From Squalus acanthias (taxonomy: Eukaryota): 64,000 nt of DNA. The notes under the pieces are model-generated. The model was not told the DNA's origin. It saw nothing but the letters and a program-made list of their open reading frames with translations, and ran no database searches. The stretch covers positions 39,184,001 through 39,248,000 of the forward strand of contig CM059427.1 of assembly GCA_030390025.1 (NCBI GenBank), written 5' to 3'. Within the stretch, counting starts at the first letter, position 1. Every line of letters begins with the position of its first letter. Both the position numbers and the translations under genes were made by a program. This document shows positions 24,589 to 37,361 of this stretch, one piece after another.

Positions 24589-24718
24589 NNNNNNNNNNNN
24601 NNNNNNNNNNNNNNNNNNNNNNNNNNNNNNNNNNNNNNNNNNNNNNNNNNNNNNNNNNNNNNNNNNNNNNNNNNNNNNNNNNNNNNNNNNNNNNNNNNNN
24701 NNNNNNNNNNNNNNNNNN
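24589..24718. other. Assembly gap / masked interval (130 N)
   Basis: Run of N. Confidence 0.99.
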
Positions 24719-26844
24719 CAACAGAAGTGTGAACACTGCCAGACTGCAATCCATCAATGACAAACCCCTGGCCACTTTTAATTCTTCCTCATTTGCATCA
24801 TAACCTCCGCACAGAGTTGCACAAATGCTGTTAAATGTTAATAGGAGCTGTCTCTCCACTCAAAATGAATGCTTAAGCTGTTTCATTTTCTCAGACCTTC
24901 ATAACTAGCTTCTCTCTGAGAGCAGGCATTAAGCACAGGCACTGTACATGGTCACTGTTGTGCTAATTGGGAGCACACTTAAAGTTTTATCTCTAAAGCG
25001 TTAATAATGCACACTGCTGACAAACCTCTGCATAAGTAATGTAACTGGAGAAAACATGCTAGGAATAAAAAATGCAGCCTCGGCTGTTGTTTGGTGACTA
25101 GCTATTTGATTAAGCCCTGTAGTCATATTTAATTCAGATCCTCTGGGAACTGGGACAAAATTACATCTTCATCTCTTCAAACATTCGGCCATCTTTAACC
25201 ATTCAGCTGATCATTTTTATTGTTGCCTTTGGATCTGCTTGTGGTGCAGGGAGACAATGATGTCCAGTGTTCCTCATTCCATAACCCTGCTGTGGCCAGC
25301 ACTCAGAACTCCCTGATGTCTTGCCACTTTTTTTTCTCCTTCAGGAAGAGATGCAACCTCTTTCACTTCACATTCCAACATGCAGGTCTACTTCATGCGG
25401 TCATTATTAGCTGTGAGACACCAGAAGAGTCATTCCTTTCCGTCCTGTCAATTCTTAGATTTTTCCATTTTTCAGGACAGAAGTCATGACACTGTAAGTG
25501 GCCCTTATTCTATTAGGCACCAGGCAATAATTCTTGCCATGACAAGAGAGGCCCCCGCCTGCTTACTTCTCTGTATTGCCTGTAGCTGTCCACTTCATAG
25601 AACAGAGACTGGCATGGTAATTGCAAGCAGTCTTGCTTAGTTTAAGCATGTATTCTGAATGGTGACAAAAAGCCCTCTTCCTATATCGAGATTGAGAATT
25701 ATCAACATCTTTCAGCACATAATGGTGAGGCCTTTATCACTTCAGGGGCTGCTGATAAGGTTAAGAACACTAGACAAACCACTCATTAGTGCAAAGGTTC
25801 CTCTACATTAAAGACTGCTGCAAACCAGAGCCTTTCTTTCTCACTGCACTCGACAGAAAAACCACAACCGCTGAAGCAGCCAATATATGAGAGCAAATTG
25901 GCGATGTGAGCCCTTCATATAGCTTGATGGAGAAGATAGTCTGCAGAATAAGAATCTTCGTATGCTGTTTACTGGAGGTCAAATGCCTACGTGGTCAAGA
26001 TAAACAGGAATTAAAATTGCTCTCAAAATATAATTACTAATAAACATAACCTCAATTAGCATGTGTTAATTATGATAACTTAGTTTTCTTTGGACTGTAC
26101 AGTAGGAGCAACAGTAACAACAGTCAATGCTTCTTTTATTATTAGTCGGGCAGCAACTGAATGTCCACTGCTGATGTCGTATTAGACTGCAAGATTTCAG
26201 CCAGAAATACTCGGAGAAATAACATAAATCTTTTAAAAAATAAATCCTAGCATTTTGTCATTTGTTGCCTCTTATAGTGTAGTGTATTCACAGAGCTGTG
26301 GCACAGCATTTACACTATTTTTTTGATTAATCATGTAATACTAAAAGAAATGACATACCACTACACTGATCTTTCAGTGGGCAGTAGGTTTCAATAATTA
26401 GAGGAAACTGAGCAAATTAGTTTAGAACCCCATTATATATCCCAGCATTAGCAAATGCTACCATTACATCATATTAAGGGAATTTATTTTAGTAATCATG
26501 TAGCTACAAGCAAAAAAATACATCTGTTAGAAACCATGAAGAAAGTATAAATTATTCTGTTAATTCTGGGGCAATAAGCGTAAGAGCTATATATTGTGGT
26601 ATTTTTATTTAAATTTTCTGCATCTAAATGTGCTGTGTTTAACTGTCAGGAAAGTAGTTCAGATATTATGATGAGAACTGCCATCTTATATTTGGATAAA
26701 TCTCATGGATTTTTATATATACTATTGTTATTAAAAAAATGACAATTTAATATACAGTGAATAACTCACATTTTCAAACTTAAAAACAGTTAATGTTGCA
26801 CTGCTGTCTCACATCAAATCACATGAAGTTGAGATCTATTCTTG

Positions 26845-26922
26845 AAAAGCTCTTCGAAAGAGCCAGTGCAGACTCAATGGGCCAAATGGCCTCCTTCTGT
26901 GCTGTACTATTCTATGATTCTA
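26845..26922 (+). mobile_element. CR1 3'-tail fragment
   Basis: gagccagtgcagactcaatgggccaaatggcctccttctgtgctgtactattctatgattcta; same tail type as 53490-53560. Confidence 0.8.
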
Positions 26923-28354
26923 TATCCTCTCTTGATCTTAAATAGCCAGGGACTCAAATTATGGTCTAAAATATTTTTGATATGGAAAATCATTCTCATT
27001 ACATACACTATACACAAATTATTAAATTAGCTTTATAAAAGAAATCACATTCAAGGAGAATATTTTATACTATAATTTTAGGCGATGGCCATTTAAGATC
27101 AAATCATCTGCCTTCTCACACCATAACTACAGCGCTACTCAAATTACCGTGTTAATGTGAGTAAAGTCTTCACGGATTCAGATCAAATATTTAGCACTTC
27201 TAATCAGTTAGCGTTAATTAACTGTGAGGAAGACTTATGTGCTCCTCTGAGTTTTCGTCACAGAGAGAAGCCTTTAGGACCCCGTGAAGATTTTACTGCA
27301 GCAGTGACATTAGAGATGAGCAAAGAGTACATCTGGGTGTAAAGGTCAGCATTGGAGTGCCTGGGCTCCAAGCAAGAAGCAAGGAAGGATTTGTGTGAGA
27401 CTGGGAGGTCTTATAAAAGAGTTTGGGGTGTGGTCAGAAACACAAGAAAGTGCACAGCAACTGTTAGAGGCCAGTGAAAGGAGGCTGGAAAACAGAAACT
27501 GAAAGTGAAACCAGAAGAGGGGACTAACAATGGGGAGAAAGGAAAGATTTGTGTGACAGAGAGGGATAGCCTAAATAGCTCAACCATTATGGTTTAAAAA
27601 GGAGAAGCGTGCAAAGAGCAGAAATACAGTTTGCAAATGTAAAATAAAAACAGACAGAGGAGAAAAAGACAGAAATTCAGGAAAGGGATTCAGCTGCAAG
27701 CCTTCAATTAGGAGCGGCGATGTAGTCTCAAAGCTGTTAAAATAAAATTTCTGCATTTTATAAAATCCAACTCGAGCTTTCCTTCAAGTCATTATATTGA
27801 TCAGTTCCAGAGATCTGCCAAGGAGCTGCACAATCTGCTTTTACACAAACAAAGCAATATTTATTGGCTGGTATTTGGCATGAAGGAAAAAAATCAAACA
27901 AACTTTTAAAAAGTGAATACTGAGAATAATCTTCATCAGAAGTCGCATGGTAAGCTTGTGTAGATCGGTTCAGATCCACAATTTCCCTCATGGCGAGTCC
28001 CTAGCCACAGGCAGGCTGTCAGGGAAACACTGAGAGGAGGGCAAGGTCTATCAGTTCGCAAATGCCCACGGGGCACTCTCATACACCTCCTGGTGGACTC
28101 TTACAGATCAACACTGGCGGAGCCTCGGCAGCAGGTTGTCTGCCCTCTCTCAGCAAGAGAATGGTAGGTGATGTGGCAAGACCAGAAAGAAGGGAAAAGA
28201 TACTGCAAAATGTTGGAATACATTTTACACAAAAAGATCGAATTTGAGAAATAGTTCTCCGAGATTATGGTTGAAAATTATGCTGCATGTACCTAATTGT
28301 GCCAGAAACCATATTATATTAATATTTACATATTTAGATATGCATGACACTTAA

Positions 28355-29308
28355 AGGCCAGAAGTTTCTTCCACATTTGCGCCCAGATACACACAAAATC
28401 TGGGCGCAAACCAGTTACGAGGCTTAAAAGATTGCAAAATTTTGGGCATAATTGAGTGACACGGGTAGCTACAATACGCCCAAGTCTCCTCGATCTTTTA
28501 CGTCCATCCATCAAACCTTGCGTCAGAACGAATCTCCGTCCACAAAACTGGCCACGTCCCCGACTCTCCAATGCGAGTCGCTTCCAATTGTGCTTGTTCG
28601 GGGTGGGGGGGCCTCTCAACATTACATCGAGAATTTCAGGCACAGCAGGAAAGTCATTTATCTGGTCTTTTAATTGCAATTTTTGAGCATTTAAAAAAAA
28701 GTTATCCTCACATAAAGTCTCATAAAAATTGAAAAGCTTCATTCATGCTGCTCCCTGACCCCATGAAAAGCTTTAAAAAAAATTTACCACTTGTGTTTTT
28801 GTACATAGCCTGCGACAAACCCTTTAAAGACTGCTGGTTAGGCCACACTATGCCTAGTACCAATGGGCAGAGGGTGTGCAGTGCATGCTTGGCTCATTGG
28901 TTCTGAAAATCGCGGCGGGGTCCGGAAAGAGAAGGGGAGTTATCCCCGATGTCCTGGCCAATATTTATCCCTCAGTCAACATAACAAAACCAGATTATCT
29001 GGTCATCGTCACATTGCTGTTTGTGGGATCTTGCTGTGCGCAAATTGGCTGCCTCATTTCCTACATGACAACAGTGACTACACTTCCAAAATACTTCATT
29101 GGCTATAAACGCTTTGGGACATCCGGTGGTTGTAAAAGGCGCTATTTAAATGCAGGTCTTTCTTTCTTTCTTTATAGATCTGAGGACCCCTGGCTGAAAA
29201 TGGTGGCGGCCACATTGGGAGCGGGAATGAGGTGGTACATTCAGCACCACAATTTTTGGAACACTAACGCCCCATTCTCACTCGGCAGAGATAGTGAAAA
29301 TCGGCCCC
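28355..29308. mobile_element. Harbinger-like non-autonomous element with nested SINE
   Basis: Ends aggccagaagtttc / gaaaatcggcccc; internal module ccctttaaagactgctggttaggcc shared with ~44100, ~45985 and ~62065 (reverse). Confidence 0.55.
28934..29173 (+). mobile_element. SacSINE1/DeuSINE-like SINE, 3' half
   Basis: ggggagttatcccc..gtcctggccaatatttatccctca..cagattatctggtcat..ggcgctatttaaatgcaggtc(tttc)n; reverse match to 47187-47410. Confidence 0.85.
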
Positions 29309-29336
29309 CATATATTTTATTTTCATGAGATTTCAT

Positions 29337-30929
29337 AAGAACATAAGAAGTAAGACCAGGAGTAGGCCATACGGCCTCTCGAACCTGCTCCGCCATTCAA
29401 TAAGATCATGGCTGATCATCGACCTCAACTCCACTTTCCCACCCAATCTCCATATCCCTTGATTCCCCTAGAGTCCAAAAATCTCTCTATCTCAGCCTTG
29501 AATATACTCAAAGACTCAGCATTCACAGCTCTCTGGGGCAGAGAATTCCAAAGATTCGCAACCCTCTGAGTGAAGAAATTCCTCCTCATCTCAGTCTTAA
29601 ATGGCCTACCCCTTATCCTGAGACTATGCCCCCTAGTTCTAGACACTCCAGCCAGGGGAAACAACCTCTCAGCATCTAACCTGTCAATCCCCTTCAGAAT
29701 CATGTATGTTTCAATGAGATCACCTCTCATTCTTCTAAACTCCAGAGAGTATAGGCCCATTCTACACAATCTCTCATCATAGGACAGCCCTCTCATCCCA
29801 GGAATCAATCTAGTGAAACTTTGTTGCACCGCCTCCAAGGCAAGTATATCCTTCCTTAGATAAGGAGACCAAAACTGTGCACAGTACTCCAGGTGTGGTC
29901 TCACCAAGGCCCTGTACAATTGCAGCAAGACTTCCTTACTCTTATACTCCAACCCCCTTGCAATAAAGGCCAACATGCCATTTGCCTTCCTAATTGCTTG
30001 CTGTACCTGCATGCTAGTTTTCTGTGTTTCTTGCATGAGGACACCCAAATCTCTCTGAACACCAACATTTGAAAGTTTCTCACCATTTAAAAAATATTCT
30101 GTTTTTCTATTCTTCCTACCAAAGTGAATAACCTCACATTTCCCTACATTATACTCCATCTGCCACCTTACTGCCCACTCACTTAGTCTATCTATATCCA
30201 TTTGCAGACTCTTTGTTCTCCTCACAGCTTACTGTCCCACCTAACTTTGTATCATCAGCAAACTTGGATACATTACACTCAGTCCCTTCATTTAGGTCAT
30301 TAATATAGATTGTAAATAGCTGAGGCCCCAACACTGATCCTTGTGGCACCCCACTAGTTACAGCCTGCCAACCTGAAAAAGATCCATTTATCCCTACTCT
30401 CTGTTTTCTGTCCATTAACCAATCCTCTTTCCATGTTACTATATTACCCCCAACCCCATGAGCCCTAATCTTGTGTAATAACCTTTTATGTAGCACCTTA
30501 TCGAATGCCTTTTGGAAATCCAAATATACTACATCCACTGGTTCCCCTTTATCTACCCTGCTAGTTACATCCTCAAAAAACTCCAATAAATTTGTCAAAC
30601 ATGATTTCCCTTTCATAAAACCATGTTGACTCTGCCTAATCATGTTATGATTTTCTAAGTGACTTGATACCACTTCCTTAACAATGGATTCTAGCATTTT
30701 CCCAACGACTGATGTCAAGCTAACTGGCCTGTAGTTCCCTATTTTTTCTCTCCCTCCCTTCTTGAATAGCGGTGTTACATTTGCGACCTTCCAATCCGCT
30801 GGGACCTCTCCAGAATCGAGGGAATTTTGGAAGCTCAAAACCAATGCATCCACTATCTCTTCAACCACCTCTTTTAGAACCCTAGGATGTAGGCCGTCAG
30901 GTCCAGGGGATTTGTCGGCTTTTAGTCCC
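29337..30929 (-). mobile_element. Young 5'-truncated CR1 LINE (RT to 3' tail)
   Basis: ORFs 30188-30931 ([41 protein letters not shown]) and 29425-30225 joined by one frameshift; tail ttcttatg-type repeats; ATTTCAT at 29330-29336 and 30930-30936 is a possible TSD. Confidence 0.95.
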
Positions 30930-31081
30930 ATTTCATTTGCATTATCTGCAATTCTCAGTGAATTTCATTCTCATTGCTGACATGAAACAACACTTAATGG
31001 ACCTACAAATTATCTGTAGAAATTTAAATTTAATTAATTTGTTTGTGGTTTCCCAACAAACTAACATAATTAAAGGGGCAT

Positions 31082-31546
31082 GGGGGATAAACTTATTTGT
31101 GCCATTTTTTAGATGCAAATCAGGTGTCGTGCACACGGCAGAAAAGGCCTTGCTCCCAGGGAGCGCTCAGAGGGTCCGCAGGATTCTCGGGGACCGGCCA
31201 AAGAATTACAGGTATGTTTCTAGAATTGAATTTAACCTCCCCCCCCTTCCCCCAGGAACCTGCTGTCCTATTGGGACCACCTTCCTCCGATTTCTATTGG
31301 CAGCCAGAAGGCCCCATGCATCTAGGCAGACTCGGAGCTGAGAGGCCTGCAGCTGCCCCTTGCTTTACTGAGTCTAATACCATTGCTAATCTCTGCCAGG
31401 GAGCCCTCGGGCCATGTAAATTGCCTGGAGCAAGAAATTCCAGCAATCTTGTGGCTGTATAGTGGCAGTGCACTTGGGGTGCGATGCTCTTGTCTATTAC
31501 TTGGGCAAAGAGGGACAGGCCAGATAAATTGGCCATTTTAAAACCC
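31082..31546. mobile_element. Degenerate MITE-like element
   Basis: GC-rich block with decayed ends gggggataaactt / attttaaaaccc and internal CAGGTATG. Confidence 0.35.
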
Positions 31547-31689
31547 ATGAAATAAAGTACTCTTTAATTGTATTTACTGAGTGGACTGGGAACATCAGAG
31601 AAAGTAGATTCTGCTCCAATTTTTCCTGTTATTGTTTCATTTCCTTATTTTATTATAGCAACGTAATTGATAACCACAATGAATCACAG

Positions 31690-31746
31690 CGGAGCAGGCG
31701 CGACAGGCCGTATGGCCTACTCCTACTCCTAATTCTTATGTTCTTA
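31690..31746 (+). mobile_element. CR1 3'-tail fragment
   Basis: ggccgtatggcctactcctactcctaattcttatgttctta, reverse complement of the tail at 29337-29375. Confidence 0.75.
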
Positions 31747-34700
31747 GATGAAAAGAATCAACCCCAATGTAGTTTAAGGTTAATTTTCAGCAAGGAAAAT
31801 TGAAATACCAAAATAAAACATCTTGAACAAATATGTTTGAAATCTCTGAGTTTCGGCTAGTTTCATAATACATATTTCTTTTTCTCTTCCAGGGTTCAGG
31901 AATGTAAAAGTTCTGAGCATAACTGCATAACAATTCGGCAAATCAAGAGAGAGAGGGCAATTGGATCAGTTCAGATAAATACAAGCCTTGACAACCAATG
32001 TTTCTTTAAGTAAACCAATGTTATAGTCCAATTTTTGTGACTGATTGCCAAAGTATAATCAATTCTTGATTAAATAATAAAATACATTTCTCCTGTTACT
32101 AATTTGCCACCTTTGGCAGTTAATGAACTTCTCCAATATCTGAAAAAAAATCTGTGAAACAATTAATTTTTTGTATTGAATAGCTTGATGTAAAAAAATC
32201 TTTGAAACAGATAATTTATTGTACTGAATAAGTTCATCAGCATTTACATACAGAAATCTATTCATCGCAATACATGAAGGATTATGTCCTAATATTGTAA
32301 TAACTCGTAATTGAACTTTCATTAGCATTCACTAACTTTCTCTTTTCAGTCTTCTTAAACATGTTCTTAAAAAAAACTAAGTAAAAACCAAGCAAAGATT
32401 TTAGATATAGTCAAGCTATTTTAGCCAAAGAAAAATCATTTAAACAGGCTTTTAAAAAATATTTTCCTCCTTTCTGCTCTCAGGAACTAGCCAAGCTGAA
32501 CAATAATGCAACAATTTGAGGCATAACGGTTGCAATTTGAATATGATCCCTGGTTTGGATTTCAATATTAGAGCTCCAAATATATAGCTACCATTGTTTT
32601 GGTTTGGTATACAACACCTTGTGCCACGGAAAGCTAGGATGTAGGTTCATGCCCACAGTTCTCCATGTCTTGAGTTTCCAATCTGGACCAGATCATCACT
32701 GGGTGAGCACTAAGTGATGGGAAGTATTTTGCCATAGTGAGGAGTGAAGAGGGAAAATCGAAGAGCGATTATTGGAAGCCAGTTATACAGCAGCATTTGC
32801 AGACATGTGGGAATAGTTCCCTGGTGATCTTCTCAGCTGGGAAAGGCTGCAGAAATAATCAAAAGGAAGATTGGTTAATAACTAAAATATGAAAGAAGAA
32901 TGACATATATCTAATTAAATGAGCTGTGTAACAAACCATTAATATGACTGAAAGAAAGCAGTATCATTCAAAATTTTGGACAGAACTGTGTTCTTTTAAA
33001 ATTGCACCATGATAATATATGTGCTGTGGAAATGGTTTAGCTACTTTAAATAAAAATCAATTTGTTTCATTCCTTATTGTGGTACAACAGCTACATGAAA
33101 TGGTGGGAACAGCTAAGTGACTTGTTTACATTGTGGCACTGGCTGTATTCACGTAACATCAGCATCACATGGGCTGCAACCTAATGATGCTGATAAGACC
33201 ACTTTAATGGCACACTTAAAAAATTGCTCAGGAAAACACTCTTGTCCCTGATGAGACAAGACTCCAGACAAGCATCTGTAGACAGTACATGAGAAAAGGC
33301 ATTACCACTGCTGTGAACGGTCATTCCTGGAACATTCAGCAACCCACACACCAGTGGTGTATAACCACACGACGAATCATTGGGTGCGCTACTGAATAAG
33401 CTGCCATGATTGTGCTCTGGCACAGGCAACAGCTACCAGCATCACAATCGTGTAATATTGCTCTTTATGTCTCAACAACAAAATTAGAGGTAGGTTTCCT
33501 CCATTTTTTTGGTACATTTAAGAATAAAGTACTTAACAAATTTCAGAGGAATATTGAAGAGCATAGTCTTAGAGCAATTTTCAAATGTTTCACAAATATT
33601 GCTATCTTTCATACTTCTCACTTTATCCACAGTCATATTAAAATAATGTAATGGATGTAGTCAGTGATTATATAGCTAGTTCTATAGATGATTGATATTC
33701 ATGTTGTACAAAGCACAAAGAAATATGTTATATAATGCTTTGTTTAGTGTTGAGTCTAAGTAATAGATTTTTGAAAAATGTCTCATAGCAACATCGAATA
33801 TAAATGATCTAAATTACATTTTCAAAGGTTTGATTTTTTTCTCACATCCTTATACATTTTTGTGCTTTCAAATACTTGTCATATTAACCCCTTCTCATTG
33901 ATTGTTGTTTTACATGCCCCATAGGAGGGTTAATGCCTAGCAGCTGTATCCTGCTTGCTAGGAAACACAACATGTGTAAATTATTAATCTCTCTTGGCAA
34001 CTCCCAGTCCTTTAGGCACCTATTGCTATTACCCAACCCATTCCAGTGCAGAGCATATTAATTTTTACTGCTTGCAAAGTTGTGTTCTTGAGCAGTTCAT
34101 GATACATTTGCAGTCTATCTTTTCCACTTTTACAACAACCTATGAGTGTGTGTTTCCATCAGTTATGAAATTTTAAACATATGCATAGATCCAGATTAAA
34201 TGGTTGATTGAACAAAATGAACTGAGAAACCTTTACCCTCTTGCAATACTCTGTACAATGATACACTTCATAATGCCTCATATCTCTTCCAAAAATCTTT
34301 AGTTTTTCCGCCCTTTTTAGACCTTCAAGTAAAGCTTCTGGAGACTAGAATGACGGCTATTTGTAGTACCTACCAGTTCATTTCACTGTTAAAGTCCAGA
34401 GGTCCATTTAAACCCAAATGATAATGTATTTGGATATCAGCAAAGAGTCACTGTGACATGCATATGACTAAAATTAACATCTGTTTCACTTAAACAAGAG
34501 CAACGCTTCTCTTTGGGGTTTTAGTTGTTAATCTAAAATGATTTTTTTAATTGTCTTTATTTGAAATGAAATAATGGCTTGAAGTCCCTCGGCACTTTGC
34601 AGCAAATTCCATCATCTAGCACTTAGAAGAATGCGTGTTGAATGAAAAATTAAAATTCACAAAAAATTGCCAAAGGACTTGTGTTCTTCTAACGGTATCT

Positions 34701-35071
34701 TCTAATACAATGTCAGAATTTCTTTATCTGAATCAGATACTTTTAGCCAGGATAAGGAATCCTGAGCATAATGATGAAGTGACTTGTCACAGTAACAGTA
34801 TAGTTAGTCTTCTCAAATACATATAGACATGGCCATGTTCTAATAGTCTTGTGTAACTTTGTTTAATTAATTGCCAGTGCTTAACTCATTTGCAATATTG
34901 CTCTAACATTTCCCAATTCTTTAATTGGAAGAAATTGAGAGATTATATTATAAACACTGAAGTAAGTGCCTTCAACTAATATTGCAAATAATTAACTACT
35001 AAAAAGTTTAAAATGTTGGTTCGTGAATAATCTTTCTTTTCTGAAGATTGTTACAGCTAATAGTATATATA

Positions 35072-35815
35072 GGCCCAGAAATTGATCTCGCTCTGTTCCC
35101 ACGGGGGTAAGGCTTCCCCGCGATCTCTCACTCCGCGTGTGCTTTTTCAGATCCAGCTCGCACGAACTTGATGTTCCAGACATCAGCTGGGCAGTGCTTG
35201 CGTATCCCACCGGCGTAGTGAATTTGTGCGAGCTGTGGGATCACGTGACTCAGTTAGAGCCAATGGCAGCACACCATCTTCCATTCATAAGTTTCACATA
35301 CATGCTGTGAAATCTATGAATCTTACACCCCCCCAAAATAACAGCTAAACCTCAATTAATTTTTTTTTAAAAACCATCACATTAATAAAATAAGTATAGT
35401 TAAATAAATTAACCATTTTAAATAAAAAATTAAATTTTTGAAAAAATTTAAAATCTTTTAAAAAGTTATAAAAATAAACTTACCTGTCTTTAAAGTCTCT
35501 AAAAAAGATATACCTGTTAAAATTTTTTTAAAAAAATACTTAATTCACTACTTACCTTGTTAAAAGTGGGTCTTACTCCTCCTTTTTCCATTTCTAAAAT
35601 CTTCCGTCCTTACCTGCGCGTCCAAAGCACGAAGTGCACAGCGTGCGCGCAGCCTGTAGCGCGCACGCGATGCACTGAGGAACCGCCCCCTTTTCAAAAG
35701 ACCAAGTGCCGGTTTTCAGCGCATGCGCAGGGCATGCAGAAAACCGGCAATTGGAGAGAGAATACGCGAGAGTACGCAGTGCGTACTCTCGCGCAGCGGG
35801 ATGAATTTTTGGCCC
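35072..35815. mobile_element. MITE with TIRs, AT-rich core and three internal hairpins (Harbinger-like)
   Basis: Left GGCCCAGAAATT, right AATTTTTGGCCC; flanks ATA/ATT; CpG-rich arms. Confidence 0.75.
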
Positions 35816-36469
35816 ATTATGTATTTTCATATAATCAGAATCCTCTTTCAAATGATTGGGAATGACTTTATGATTTATATTATTTCTAAAGTGGTGAAAA
35901 ACATCAGTGTGGTCACCAAAGAGTTATTTCCTAAAACTCTATTGGCAACAGGAGCAGGAGTCAGTCTATGACATCACCGTACTCCAAGCTGTAGGTCAAT
36001 TAGAATCTGAGAACACCTTTTCAACCAATTACAATTCAGTCACTGGATCAAGTATTATTGAATTCAGAATGTTACAAAGGAAGTGTTCAGAAAAAGAACA
36101 TACAGAATATTTCTATAAAGTACTCTCTAAATAAACTGCAAATGTCACGGTTGACATATTTAGCTCCTGGACACTGAAATTCTACTTTGTGACTCAGAGC
36201 CTGCCAAAGGTTTCAAGGTTTGTTGCAGCACAACATCAATAAGTGAACATTATACAATGATCCTTATTTTGAATGAAAATTAAAATATTCCATAGTTTTA
36301 TCTAGTAAGCTAAATGATGTTTACCTTCAAATTATAATGACTGAGATATTGCAGGTGATAATGTCAAGATGGCATTCACCAGAAGTGTTTATATGAATGA
36401 ATAGTTTTAAGCAGTATTTGTTCATTTAAAAAAAAGGAAAGTGCACATGACTACTAATTCAAAGAATAG

Positions 36470-37361
36470 GGGGGAAAAATTCAGTTGGTTGCGCCTCCCG
36501 TTAGCGCCTTAAGAGGGCGCTAATGGGCGCAAAGCATCTAGCGCCCAGGCGCGACGAAGTTTGCGCCGCTCGCGAAATTAACTAGACATTTTGCGGCGGC
36601 GCTAAACACTACCGCCACGATCTCCTGCGCCGGCAGATCGTGACGTCAGTCGAGTGCGCAACGCCCCGGTATCGCCCCGGAGCGGATATTGAGTGGCGCC
36701 CCCTGCCTTACCGCCTGATGCTAGCAACGACAGTTTGAGTGGAGCGTTCTGCAGTCATGAAGGGAAAGGGGGAACGCTATTTAAAGGTGACCGCTTCCTG
36801 CCTTTTATTGTTGGTGCCATTTTTGAACTACGCATTCTGAGAGAGAGAGAGAAAGACTTCTGGAGAGATTCAACGTTGTGTGAAGGAGTTTTGGGTACTG
36901 AGCAGCACTTTGCAGCTTCATTTTGATTTGCCATTCCTTGTATCGATTTAGAAGAGACTGTGGGGGCTGCACTCTGAGCTCTTTGCCTGGTACTCTCCAT
37001 TGTTCTTTCCAGCAGATTTGATGTGCAGATCTCTCCAGGCCGAGATTCAAGGCTGCAATTAGCAGGATGTGGATGGAAAGTGAGATTAACCATCCCCTTT
37101 AAGAACTGGCCCGTTCCATTGTGTATGTGTTCCATTGCTGACTGACATTACATGAGCTTCGCCAGCGCTCTGAGGTAGCGCCTCGCTCCTCGGCCTTTGC
37201 GCCTTAAGACAGGTGTGAAGCGCCTGATTTAGCGCTCCAATCACCTCCAGGGGTGATAAAAGTCAAGTTTGCAGTTGGTGCCGATAATTAGTGCCAGGCG
37301 CTAATCTTTGCGCCCGGCCGATAATTGCGCCCCAAATGGGGCGATACTGAATTTCTCCCCC
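36470..37361. mobile_element. CpG-rich Harbinger-like MITE
   Basis: Left GGGGGAAAAATTCAGT vs right ACTGAATTTCTCCCCC (one mismatch); flanks TAG/AAG. Confidence 0.85.

Noticed and set aside
33225-33275. Hammerhead ribozyme or C/D box (CTGATGA in a cttgtc/gacaag hairpin loop)
   Set aside because: No GAAA core at the right position and no stems I/III; likely chance.
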